From the human T2T-CHM13v2.0 reference genome, Homo sapiens: a stretch of 64,000 bases of DNA. The position numbers and the translations under genes were made by a program. The notes under the pieces were generated by a model that saw only the letters and a list, made by a program, of their open reading frames with translations, was not told the origin of the DNA and did not search any database. Each line of letters opens with the position of its first letter. Position 1 is the stretch's first letter. This document shows, in pieces, positions 20,426 through 38,539 of the stretch. Where the stretch lies: NCBI RefSeq assembly GCF_009914755.1, contig NC_060925.1. The stretch is one strand, 5' to 3'.

Positions 20426-21493
20426 AACAATGACATTTAATGGTTACCTTATTCTAAAAGGATTGCCATATGTGAAATGACTACGGAAAAATATACAGTG
20501 GCATTTAATCATATGTGCATTTAATTTATGAGAACATGAGCTTGGCAAAAAAAAAAAAAAAAAGAGGAAAATTACAAGTAGTACAGAATTCTTACTGCCA
20601 TTTGATTCAATAAGCATATGTCCAGGTGAGGATGAGATGGCAGATGTTAATCCAATGTCCAGACCTTAGGAGATCCTAGTTGCTATTCCCTTAGAGAGTG
20701 GGCATCTGTCAGTGCTGGGTGTGACTCTGTGTTTATATTTGATACAACATGGCTCCTAAAACAAAATTTTTTACCAATGCAATTTTCACTTTAAACATTG
20801 GTTATACACCCTATGCCTGGGTAAGATTTTGTGGCTGAACCACAAGGAACCTGATCCATGTACTTGTGATGATGGTATATCACAAATATACCAGAACCTG
20901 ATCAAATGAGGATTCACCACCAGTGACAGGCAGATAGGCAGACCTTATCAAACCATCCATTGACAAGAATCATAATGAAACCAACCTGAAATAGACTAAA
21001 TCATTAAGAACACCAAGTTACATAACCTTCTCCATGAGGCTAGAGTGGGCACACAAGTGCTTCCTAGCCACAATAACCATGGTTTATTGAAAGAATATGG
21101 TTTTTAAATTTAAGACAATTTTTCAGAATTGTTCTCACAAAGAAAAGCTTTTTTCCTCAAAGAACATTTGGGGATCACATGTAAATGGGCTGCTAAAGGC
21201 CTCAGAGTTTCCCTGAGGCTAAGGGGTCTCTGTTACCTTACTTACAACATGATAGAGATCTAACAATAATATTCAGAAAACCAAAAGATAACCTTTATGC
21301 CCTAGCACAATCTATAAAATGCCATCACATCAACCAACATATCAATATATTAATTGCATCATATCAACATATTACAGTGGATACAATTTTCATCTATGGA
21401 AAAAACTAAATACTTAAAGAGGTAAGTACTTTGAAAATTAACTGGTACCCAAGAGCCTAGTAACTGAATACCACTCTTGAAGAGGATACTGAC

Positions 21494-21666
21494 CCTTTGA
21501 AAAAGTCCTGTTTGCTGAGTTTTTCTGACTGTACCAGCTGATAGAGTAGTTGGCCCATGTGATCCCTGGTGATCTGGCTCCTTTCCAGGGTGGACTCCAC
21601 TCCCACTCTCACAAAAACATGTAGTAGGCCCTGGGCATTCAGCTCTTCCACACACTGCATGGCTTC
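21494..21666 (-). CDS. EIF4G3: eIF4G3 coding exon (MA3), 173 nt, phase 0-2: EAMQCVEELNAQGLLHVFVRVGVESTLERSQITRDHMGQLL...DFFK
   Basis: ggaacag|GAA ... GG|gtcagt. Confidence 0.96.
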
Positions 21667-22495
21667 CTGTTCCAACAGCAAAGAAAGGTTTACTCCAAAA
21701 TCTGAATAGTGTTACCAGAATGTTAAGATAACTTTAAAATCTTTTACTTACAACAGAATCAGTAGAAACTTCCATGAACAGGACAGTTTTCAAATATAAG
21801 TTTATATTTGTTTAACATAATTTATAGCTCAGTAAATTACAGGCTGATATGGGCAATATTAAAAGTCATACAAAAAAAGAGCATTACAGCCCTTTTCAAA
21901 TTTATCTAGTAGGTTTTCCAGTTTTTACCAGAGAACTGTTTTTATAAATAAAAAAAATTTTATAATGATGCATCTTTACAAAGCTAACATGTTTAGTTTA
22001 ACAATTTTATTAAACATCACTCAAAGGGTGAGTCAAATGTATTTTTCTACATAATATTTACTTATTTTATGATCACTGATTTAAAAAATTGAAAATGGTA
22101 TATTATGAAATAGAAATTTAATGTCATGATTCAAAAGCCTTAATGTGTCAACAGAGGTTACTGTGTCTGTGTAGGTTAATATTTGCACAATCTTCAATGA
22201 AAAAGGTCTTCCTTCATATGAAAGTTAAATTTAAGTGATATGGTTAGGTTAAGCATTAAAATTCTTTTAGTAAGTTCTTGTGGTATGCTTCTTAATTTGT
22301 GCTTGTTAACTGGTGTTTACTATAGAGTATCCAGCCAAGTCAATATCTTTGGTCTGAAGGGTGAAAGTCGGTCAGCCAGAGTTGCTGATACACCAATAAA
22401 GCAGTGTATCTCTCTGTTCTCAGCTACTGGAAATTAGTCTGGTGCCCTGAATTCACAATCTTTTGGTTCAACCTTTGCAGCAAAGTAGCTCTTCC

Positions 22496-22563
22496 AAGGG
22501 GGAGGATGTAGGTAGGAAGGGGGAGGATGTAGGTAGGAAGGGGGAGGATGTAGGTAGGAAGGG
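22496..22563. repeat. 21-bp tandem repeat (AAGGGGGAGGATGTAGGTAGG), 3 copies plus a partial
   Basis: Read directly. Confidence 0.95.
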
Positions 22564-23011
22564 TGATGAACTGATGCAGAAGGGAGAAGGCTCATCTAGG
22601 TGTCTCACCACTGCCGCTTTTTCCTCCCTGCTCCTTTATTTAATACCTCCCTCACATTAACTTTTTATCTAACAAAATTTCAAGCCTACAGAAAAATTAA
22701 AGAGTCATACAATATACAACTACATATCTTCACTTTTAGATTCATCAATTGTTGTTTTCTTTCTGAATGTCCAAGAGATTTACTATAATGTCAATAAAAA
22801 TATTTGATATATAGTACATATTCAAATTTCCACAACTGTCTCTGAATGTCTAATATAGCTTTTTGTTGTTGCTGAGTCCAGTTGAGAACCCGACTTTACA
22901 TGTTATGTTGTTCAGATTCCTTTAATCTAAAATCGTCCTTTCTCTTTTTTGTCTTTTCATGACATTGCCATTTTTGAAACATTCAAGACAATTATCATGT
23001 AAAATGGTTTC

Positions 23012-24190
<1,179 letters not shown>

Positions 24191-24283
24191 TCAGTATTTA
24201 AATGGAAGTGATTAAATGTCTTCTAATGGGAATTCATTCACTGTGTTTGCATAAAGGGTCAATTAGCTATATCATGATATATA

Positions 24284-27020
<2,737 letters not shown>

Positions 27021-27229
27021 ATATCATTATACTCACAGTGTCATAGCAGTTCATAACCTCGCCCTTCCATCTGGTTTTCTTATGGTTTGCTTCTTTTTGT
27101 CTTTGAGCTTTTAGTTGAAATGATACTTCCTGTCTTCCCTGACTCCATCAAATCACATAATTTTAGTTTTTGGCACTGAAAACATTTTTTTGGTAGCTAC
27201 TGTTTATTTATTAATTTACTACCTATCTT

Positions 27230-27930
27230 TAGGGCCAGACTTGTCTGTATCTCCCCACTGGAATGTAAGCTCCATGGAAGCAGATTTTGTTGTTCACTAC
27301 AAATATGGTATACCCAGTCATAACCCCTAAAATGTGGCTAGCACACTTAGGTATTCAATAAATAAATAGCATAGAGGCTAAAACATGCACGGTGGGGTCA
27401 GACAGAGGTGCATTTGAACCCTGGCTCTGCCACTTACTACTTTAGAGTTTAGGAGTTTAACTTAATCTCTTGGGCTTAACTTTTTAGAGTTACCGTGAGG
27501 AATGTATATAAAATATAGGTATAAGAACTTGGCACAGTGCCAGGCACAAAATAAACCCTCAATAAATATTAATTTGAATCACTGTTAAAAACAATAGCAC
27601 CTAATAGGAAGATATTTGGAAAAAATATTTTTAAGATCAGCTCTTTAAGTCTTTAGCCTGACACACTAATACCCCAAAGGTAATGAGATAAAGCATTTTC
27701 TCCTCTGAAGCTAGAAACTTAGCTTTGAATCCTCAATCTGGCACTTATTAGCAGTTAAGATTTTGAACAAGTTGATTTACATCTTTGCACCTCAGTTTCC
27801 TTATCTGAAAAATGGGTATGATAATAACATCAACTTCAGGAGAATGTTACGAGGACAATACAAACTAATACATGCCGAATATGTACAACAGCACCCAACG
27901 CAGAGTAAGTCCTCAGTAAATGCCCAATGT
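27230..27930. mobile_element. Ancient L2/MIR fragments
   Basis: ctctgccacttact, cctcagtttccttatctgaaaaatggg and gaatgtaagctccatg motifs. Confidence 0.65.
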
Positions 27931-28604
27931 TAATACCTGTTTTAACCATATTGCAGGCACAGTTGCTTTGTACACTGCACAATGAAATTCTAAAGATACA
28001 ACGATTCTGCCCCTTCTGTATTGCAAGCCTGGCCCAGGGCTCATGATTCTCCAAAGAGTCCTCCTATTGTACTCTTTAGGTGTTACTAAGGTCTTTTACT
28101 CCCTATACCTCCAGTTCATCACAGGATCATATTTTTCCCCTTTTAAAGGGTTATTCATTGACTTTGTACATCCTTCAAATTACATCTGAAGCCAATCTCC
28201 ACTGTTTTCTTCCTTACTGTCTTGGCGTTTCATCTTTCTTGGCCATTCTAATTTTTTTGCAATTCGTTCACATTTCCCTACTTCCATGCAAGAAAAAGGC
28301 TATGCTGCCAATTTATAAGAATACCCCTAATTTTCCAGGAGGCTAACTGATGAATCACAGTACATCAGGTTTATTCTTTGGCTATTTCCCGTTAATGTTC
28401 ATTTACTTTGGTACATTTCCAACAGTTTCTGCAAAGCACTCACCTCCACCTCACTCATCATCAAAAACTTCCTTCTACTTCTTCTGAATTTTGAAGAATT
28501 TCAGAGGCTTGAAGGCTTTAGAAGATTGAACTATAGATAACCAAGGTGATTTTTATATGTGGAAAGCAGATGATGATTACACTGTTAAGAAAACAAGTAA
28601 TATT

Positions 28605-29750
<1,146 letters not shown>

Positions 29751-30053
29751 TCATAATGATAATGTGTTGTTTTTGTTCCTTAATATAGAAATCAATTTGG
29801 TTTTCCCTTAGTGGGGATGGATTGGTACTCATACTCTCTGCCCACCACTCTATGTTGTAAATTATAGTATCAAATTAAAAGAGAGTACTTGGCAGAAATG
29901 CATCAGCGTTAAGCAAACTGAATTGTGTAGGACTTGTATTACTCAACCTAAGTCTTATCAGTTCACAATGACACCTGATTTAGACCAGAACCAAGTTATT
30001 ATATACTATCAAAGGACTTACTGTGTGTGTGTTTTTTTTTTAATCTCATTTAC

Positions 30054-30169
30054 CTTAAAATCATTAATGTGTAGAAATTCATCAATGATAGATTTCGACT
30101 TCCTCTCCAGTTCCTCTTCTGATAATGCAGCCTTGTCATGAGCTGACATTGCTGAAATTTCTGGTTTTG
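30054..30169 (-). CDS. EIF4G3: eIF4G3 coding exon (start of MA3), 116 nt, phase 1-0: AKPEISAMSAHDKAALSEEELERKSKSIIDEFLHINDFK
   Basis: ctaatag|CA ... AAG|gtaaat; MA3 N-terminal helix. Confidence 0.95.
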
Positions 30170-31896
30170 CTATTAGTGAGGCCCCCCAAAAAAAGTAAAA
30201 ATAATAAAAATTACTATTAAAATAGTGAGATTATGGTTGACAATATTATGTGCTATTACATTATTTTAATAGCTACAAGACATTTAATAGATAAAAACAG
30301 AATACAGAAACCTTTTGTTTTAGAATAGATTCGCACTAAGTAACTTTATAATCTACAATAACAATGAACAAGATTTAGGAACATGATAAACTTTCCTAAT
30401 TAAAGCTTTTTTGTTCCTTTCTGTATTATGATTGCTCCCCATTGCTTCAAAGATGAAGAGTACATGAGGTCTTCACAATCCTGCACAGGTCAGGGCCCTG
30501 CTCGCCACTAAGCTTGAGCCACACTGATCTTGGGCAGCTGCTTGAACAAACCGTGGCTATTCCTACTACAGCTCTGCTCACAGTAATCCTGTCTGGAGTG
30601 CTCTTTCCCTCTGTTTCACACCCATCCTTGCCTACGAACCTGTTTCATTCCTACTGGTCCTTCGGATGAAGGAAACCTCCCCTTGCCCCTATTCTACATA
30701 GCTCCTTGGTACCAGATAGTTCTAAGTATTCTCTTAGAACTAAATTCCTTCCTTCATAGCACCTTTCTCAGTTTGTGTCTTTCGTGGAATTACTAAAAAA
30801 GGTCTTTCTGACTCAGCAGACTGAAGGCCGAGAACAGGGATCAAGGGCCTCACATTCACTGTGCATCTGGTAAGTGTACAAATGAACCAGACAATAAAAA
30901 CACATAGGGCAGCTGTGCTACATTATTCATTACACCCAAGATATTTTATGTCCTATCCTGTTATATTTCAAAAGTATCTAGCACAGATTTTAAAAAAGCC
31001 ATATGTCCCTAAAGCTGTATTATCTAAAGTTACACCAATTGGGAGAAGACACTTCAATTTGTCTCTGAGATCCATTTAGGGACTACAGTTAAGAGATACA
31101 ATTTATATAGTGAAACAAATTAGAAAGCTATATAAATACTAAAAAACTAAAACTGCTATTACTTCATGACTAATATTTAAAAGAGGCTGAAAATAATCTT
31201 CAATTTAAACTGTTTTCCATTGCTATATTCGTCATCACAACATTTAATACTTTTTGAAAACCTTGTATTTATCACGTAATGTTCTAAGTGTTTACGTGTA
31301 TTAACTTCTTATTTAATTTTCATAATATCCTGAAAAGGTAGGTACAACTTATCCCCATTTAACAGATAAGGAAACTGAAACACAGGTTAAATACATGAAG
31401 CAATTTTTAGAGCATTATCCGAGCAAGTCCTCTAAGTATATACATGCTAAATGCATACAAAAACAACAGGTTACCACGGAAGATGAAGTCAGCTAAAGAT
31501 AACCTAATACCTTCTCTTTGGTTTGTCTTGCAGTGGCTCAATGAGAATTTTCACACATTTGAGGAGCTCTACACAGCATACACAATCTAACAGCAACGTC
31601 AAGTGTGGGATGTTACAGGGACTTGTAAGAAATTCAGATTGCTTAAAATACAGCAGGAGGACCTCCTCACCATAACATTTAATAGAGAAAGGAGAAAATT
31701 TACAAACTGTTCAGCTAAGGCATACCTAGGGAATGAGAACTGTTATAAAACTATGAAGTACCCTTTAACTCTTCAGATGCTGGTATGTGTTGCTATTATG
31801 TGTTAATTCTAAAATCTACTCAGGCACAGTCTCTTTTTTATTTTTCCTTCCAAATTTAAAACCCAAATCTGCATCTGTTTAAGCCAAGTCTCTCAC

Positions 31897-32117
31897 CTGA
31901 CTCCCTTGTTTTATTTCGCTCAGCCTCAGTGCTGTTCCTCTCCACATCCACACCTCCTGTGAGCTGCTTCACGGTCTCCAGCATCTCTCTCCGCTGCTCT
32001 TCTTGAGACTGATTGTCTAGCAGGTCTTTACTGCTGCCACCCCTCATGAAAGTATTTGGCCGAGCTGTTGCAGATGGAAGGGGCTTGTCATTCTTCTCCC
32101 TGCCCATACTTCCACGA
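31897..32117 (-). CDS. EIF4G3: eIF4G3 coding exon, 221 nt, phase 2-1: SRGSMGREKNDKPLPSATARPNTFMRGGSS...RNKTRES
   Basis: ttttaag|T ... G|gtgaga; frame continuous. Confidence 0.96.
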
Positions 32118-32373
32118 CTTAAAAGACAAAACAACACTTTTCAAAGGAAAGACAAGCCCATGTCCCCCACATATTCAAATTATAAAATAACACTAAGACT
32201 TTCTGAAAGTATACAGAATTTTTCACAGATAACATTAGATGTGTGAGGCACCAATTATATTTCAAAGTTTATTCAACAAACAAGTAAAAGAGTGCTTTAA
32301 AGGGAATATTTATTAAGATGTTTTAACTTTTTTCTCTGAAGGGATACTATTTAACACTTTAACATGTCAGTGG

Positions 32374-32940
32374 TGGCCAGGCATGGTGGCTCACACCTGT
32401 AATCCCAGCGCTTTGGGAGGCCGAGCAGGGCAGATTACTTGAGGTCAGGAGTTCAAGACCAGCCTGGCCAACATGGTGAAACTGTGTTTCTACTAAAAAT
32501 ACAAAAATTAGCCGGGTTTGGTGGCAGGTGCCTGTAATCCCAGCTACTTGGGAGGCTGAGGCATGAGACTGGCCTGAAACTGCGAGGAGGAAGTAGCAGT
32601 GAGCCAAGATTGCGCCACTGCACTCTAGCCTGGGTGACAGTGAGACTCTGTCTCAAAAAAAGCCAGTGATAATTTTGGTAATTTCTTTCTCTTTTCTTTT
32701 TTGAGATGGAGTTTTACTCTTGTTGCCCAGGCCGGAGTGCAATGGCGTAATCTCGGCTCACTGCAACCTCCGCCTACGGGTTCAAGTGATTCTCTTGCCT
32801 CAACCTCCTGAGTAGCTGGGATTACAGACAGGGTTTCTCCATGTTGGTCAGGCTGGTCTCGAACTCCCGATCTCAGGTGATCTGCCCACCTCGGCCTCCC
32901 AAACTGCTGGGATTACAGGCGTGAGCCACTGTGCCCGGCC
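32374..32940. mobile_element. Tail-to-tail inverted Alu pair: about 32374-32661 (+) and 32682-32940 (-, internal deletion)
   Basis: Second Alu flanked by TAATTTTGG(T/C)AATTTCTTT. Confidence 0.9.
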
Positions 32941-34198
32941 TTAATTTTGGCAATTTCTTTTTTTAGTTTTAAAAAATCTTTCAGGAATAAAGAAGACAAT
33001 GATAAAGTATGAGTTACATAAATGAAAGGGAAACAAATATTATAAGAACATGGTATCACTATCTCAGAAATTATGCAATGATACCTTTTTATTTAGAATC
33101 TTTAAACATATGGAAAATATTTGAGAATCAAGAAGAAGCTGTCTTGGATTAGCCAACGCTATATATTTTATTCCTTTTAAGAGAGACTCTCCATATTTCC
33201 TGATTCGTCTTCTTTTAGACAATTCTAACCAGCTGAGCAAACAGTTCGTTGGCCCGTGGCGGACCAGAAGCAGCAAATTAAAAGGGAAAAGGAGAGACTC
33301 GGGCAGGAAAATGGTCTAACTATTGTGAAAGAACATACACAAGTGCTTAGGAAGCAGAACCATTAGGGGACATTTATGACAGGGCAAAGCGCCACAAGTG
33401 ATACTCAATGACAACCTGAATCATCATGAAAAGCTGCCTTGTGCTAACTATACTTTGTTTCAATAGAAGTCAAGGGAATAAGAACACAGTTTACAAAGTC
33501 TACCTAATCAAACTTATTACAATAATAATAATAAAAAGCCTGATGGGAGCATCGCTTGAGACCAGGAGTTCAATGCCAGCCTGGGCAACACAGCAAGATG
33601 CCATCTCTAAAAAATAATAATTAAAAAAAAAAAGTTTTAGAGCTTAAAGAAACTTCAATTCTGAAAGTGCTTATGTAAAAAATGTTATTTTTTGTGACTG
33701 CACTACAGGGTGCCCATTCATTTTATGTAAACCAGCCAACAGGATACTTGACTGTATCAATCCTAGAAAAGCAAAAGCAGAAAGATAGTGAAATATGGAG
33801 ACTAGCAAAAACTGAAGGACAACCTCAAATATAACATGAAGAGTGTGACAGAGAAATGTATGGGTGGATTGTCATGTTCTTTAATTCCCATGGTTGAGAA
33901 TGCTAGGTGCTTCTAGAACATCTGGAGGATTAGCTTGCGGAGCCCCTAGACATGCCTCCAGGGCTGTTTGGGTGGGCCTAGCTTTCTTAAGAATCCCTTC
34001 CCTCCCATCCCATCCCAAATTCACCACCCAATTATGTTCCTATCTTAGAAATTATAGTGTGTGAAGATTAAAGAAATCAACTTTAGGAATAAAAGGAATG
34101 CATCCATAAGGATTACTATCAAAACCCTTGTTCTTATCTTGCCACACATACTGGCAAGCGGGCCAGCCTTGAGTAGACATAAAAAGCAGGGTTCTCAC

Positions 34199-34316
34199 CT
34201 AGTTAAGGTCCTTCGGGAATCAAACTCTACAGGCGTGGATGGCGTGGACCCTGAGGGTGCTGGAGGTTGCAGGGCAGAGAATCTGTTTAAACTGGAAGCA
34301 CTTGACCGTAAGGCAT
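34199..34316 (-). CDS. EIF4G3: eIF4G3 coding exon, 118 nt, phase 1-2: DALRSSASSLNRFSALQPPAPSGSTPSTPVEFDSRRTLT
   Basis: gtgtag|AT ... AG|gtgaga; LNRFSAL motif. Confidence 0.96.
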
Positions 34317-35055
34317 CTACACATGTTGAGGATTTAGAAAAAAATACAAATCACATGACTAAAATGCAAATAATCAGTCATCTGCATCCCTAGGTAAGGC
34401 CTGAGACCAGGCATTCCTAACAAGCTTAGGTGACGCCCATCTCCTGGTCCCTCTACCATATTCTGAGAAGCAAAGTGTTAGAGGGAATTTGCACATAATA
34501 GAGTTTAGAAGTCTTTATTTATTTCAACCATTGGTTCCTTTAAAAACATAGTAAACAGGGGTGGGAGTGGCATATAGGAGGAGGAAGGCAAGCGAAAACA
34601 GAACAAAACTTTAACAAAGCTAACCAGCACAAATGCTCCAATCTCATTTGTGCACAAATATGCATGTGGGTTTTACTGAATAATGACATTTTTTAAAATT
34701 TAAAGAAAAAAAGGTTGAAATTACTTAGTAGAAGGGACATATAGGAAGTAGGTTAACATTAAATTTTTTTTCTTTCCATTGGGCTTCCTCAAGCTAGTAA
34801 GATGTGTTTGTGAGATCCAAACATCTTTGGTCCTGAGGTCAAATCTCTCAAAATCTGATTTTCGAAAAAGATTTTGAACAATGTTTCTTTATTCTTTTAC
34901 AGCTCCCTAAAATTATAGTAAATGCTCTGCATATTAAGATTCTTTTATCAGCATAATGAGTTTCCCTTTTAATTTAGGGTCCCAGTAATTTCTCTAGCTA
35001 TATTAAATTTGTGAACAACAACAAAAAGGGAACCTAAAAAATTAAGGTCTTAGTG

Positions 35056-35388
<333 letters not shown>

Positions 35389-35620
35389 GGTCTTAATTAA
35401 ATAGTCTAAATGAATGAATTGAAATTAAAAAAATACTTAAAATTATTTAAGGATCCTGAGAAAGGATCTATGTTGAAAGGAAAGGGCTACCAATAAAATT
35501 TTAGGCATGATTAGTCTACACATCTTTCCCAAAAACCATCATTCGATGACTATGGGAATGCGCTGTAAGGCAAATGCTAACAAGCCACAGCCAGGTTTGA
35601 GAAGGGACACACACACTTAC

Positions 35621-35714
35621 CAGTCTCACTTGCCTTTGCTCCACCACTGCTGCCTTTTCCCCAGCTGCCTAGCTGTGCTTTAGGTACCAGCTGAATTTTT
35701 TCATCAATTGTAGG
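35621..35714 (-). CDS. EIF4G3: eIF4G3 coding exon, 94 nt, phase 0-1: PTIDEKIQLVPKAQLGSWGKGSSGGAKASET
   Basis: ttacag|CCT ... G|gtaagt; SWGKGSSGG motif shared with eIF4G1. Confidence 0.96.
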
Positions 35715-37523
35715 CTGTAACATAAGGGACCACAAGTCAATTATGGGAAATATTCTAGAAGAATAGTTTTTCTTTTATTTTTTTCTTCTTCAGTGAAGTA
35801 GAACCAATTTTAGCAACAAAAATTTGTTTGGAATGCCAATTTAATAGAAACAGAAATTGGAGCTGTTCTCATTAAACTGGGATCCATGTGGCCCCTGAAG
35901 CACTTCCCTGGACTCCAGTTTCCACAAAAAACTGTTTGGTCTAGAGAATGCATCCAGGTCCTCCTGTTTAAGATGGTTTATGAATTTGCTAACTGTAATA
36001 AGCAGTTTCTAATCATTCTTCTTGTACAATACCCATTAATTTTAAAAATAAAAAATACAAATACTACAAAATTAATTCATTAGTGTCTTTACATGACTGT
36101 CAGAAAACAGATCAACAGACATAAAAATTTCATGTTGGCTAGAGACAGGCAGTGGGATGTGAGTATTCAATAAAGAATAAGAAGAAAGAGATTGGAATGT
36201 TAGGCAGGGAGCACAGGAAGTTAAGGTGCCTGATATCTCATGTTTAATCTTCCAAGCACAACTTTACTACAAGTGAAATAAAATTACGCTGTAATGCATA
36301 TTATTATAAAATACATATAACATAAAAGCTGTAATGTAGCGCTTTGTAAAAAAGGTATTTCTATGGTCTGACAGCTCATAATATATATGTTGCTATGCTA
36401 TGTAATATGCTTTCACACAAACCACTCCCAATTAACAATAAATATGTATAACGGTTTTGTTCTAGGATACCCATGTATAGTACCTCCAGTATAACTATCT
36501 GAATACACAAAGTTTATTAGCAATTTACATACTTAAAAATATTAAGGTAGTAATGTTGGAGGTTTGATACCAGCACTGTTTTTATAGTATCCAAGCACGG
36601 AAAGCATAATATTTAAAAATACAAATGTTGTTATTAAATACCGACACATTTTTCAAAATGCTGGAGGACTTCTTTAAACATAAACTTTTGGTTAAAACTG
36701 TCTCTAGATGGAAATGGAGATGGGTAAGACTCAAATTGTATTCAGCAATGGAATTCCTACTCTGAGATATAAACAACTAGAAGAAAGTACCAGAATCTTG
36801 GAGAAAAGGATCCTAGCTAATTACATTATTAAGAGAGATTCAGAAGGAGAATTTTCTATCATGAAGCAAAGCTTTGACAAAACTGTGAAGATGCAAATGA
36901 CATAGCCCATTTTATTCCAATTTTCTTAAAGACTTTTCTTAATACTTCTTGTCAGTTATCTTCTTTCATGTAGTATTTTCACATTAGTTTTGATTGTCTT
37001 CAGTATTTTGCTAGCAGGGTGCCGATTTTCAGAACTATGGGAAGTATAAGGATCAAACTAGACTTGCAAATGATTTGGAAAACCCACTGGACTTTAGAAG
37101 TTTCCACTCTTATCATATTTAATTCTGCTTTCTCTACATTCTCCAAAGTTCTTCATCCTCCTTACAATGATCAACTTTTACTGCTGAAAATACCTGCTAC
37201 AGAAAGTTTTTTCCTCTTACTGCCCACAGACTCTCAAAAAGAGAGGAAAGCAGACAGAGTCTCTTAAATCCTTATTACAGAATGATTTCTAGTAGGCCCT
37301 CTGTGGTTTCCTTTACGCCTTGGATAAGGCAAATCTTTCATGGTTAGGTTTAAACAGGTGATTGCTTTTTTCCCCAGAGCTACGGATACATTGTGTAAAA
37401 GCCTGCAATTGACTTAGGCTTCTAAAATATCTTTGTTATTACCTCTTGTATATTAAGCATCTTATGTCTAAGAAGTAACCTAGTCTTTTCCTCTTTAGTA
37501 AATCCTTATAGAAGTAGAAATGA

Positions 37524-37888
<365 letters not shown>

Positions 37889-38051
37889 TTAAAAAATAAC
37901 CACCCCATGGATTTGCAATATTGCTGTTTTACTTTAATAAGTACTTTTGAGACACGTTTTGCAACTATTGTAAATTGTGTGTGTGTGTGTGTGTTTTAAT
38001 ATCAAAGGCATCAAAGGAGAGCGTAAATTGTACTTTAAATGTCAGACTCAC

Positions 38052-38146
38052 CTTAGTGATTTTTAGGAATTTTGAGGGGTCCAGTACCCGACTGTTCTTG
38101 GCCCCTTGTACAGTGTTCCACCCACCTTCGTCCACTCTCTGGACAC
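38052..38146 (-). CDS. EIF4G3: eIF4G3 coding exon, 95 nt, phase 1-0: GVQRVDEGGWNTVQGAKNSRVLDPSKFLKITK
   Basis: cctgcag|GT ... AAG|gtgagt; frame continuous with both neighbours. Confidence 0.96.
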
Positions 38147-38539
38147 CTGCAGGGAGAACAGAGTGGGAGTCTCTCATCTGTCTCAAGTCAGTTTTACATT
38201 GAAAGAGTGAGCAATATTTTCATCAAAACCAAGGAGAAAGACAACAGAAGATGTTAAAGCATTGATGACAATATCTTTAATCCCATGGCAGGAAAATATA
38301 AGCAGAAGCACCCTGTATCAGCAGAAGCACCCTGTATCAGCAGAAGCACTGCTTATTTTGGATCACCCATGAAACATTACTGACCTAGAAACAAACAACT
38401 GACACAAATGAATACCTGGTGCTGGAGAAGGCAGGGCTAAATCCAGTATTCACAGAATTAATGACTAGAACACTTTCGGAGAAGTCAGATGGAAATTATT
38501 TATTCTAAAGTATATTGTATTTAATGGGATCAAATGACA

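Noticed and set aside
33181-33300. Possible snoRNA or miRNA hairpin from the repeated GAGAGACTC
   Set aside because: Mainly a direct repeat with only about 6 bp of complementarity; no convincing C/D or H/ACA boxes
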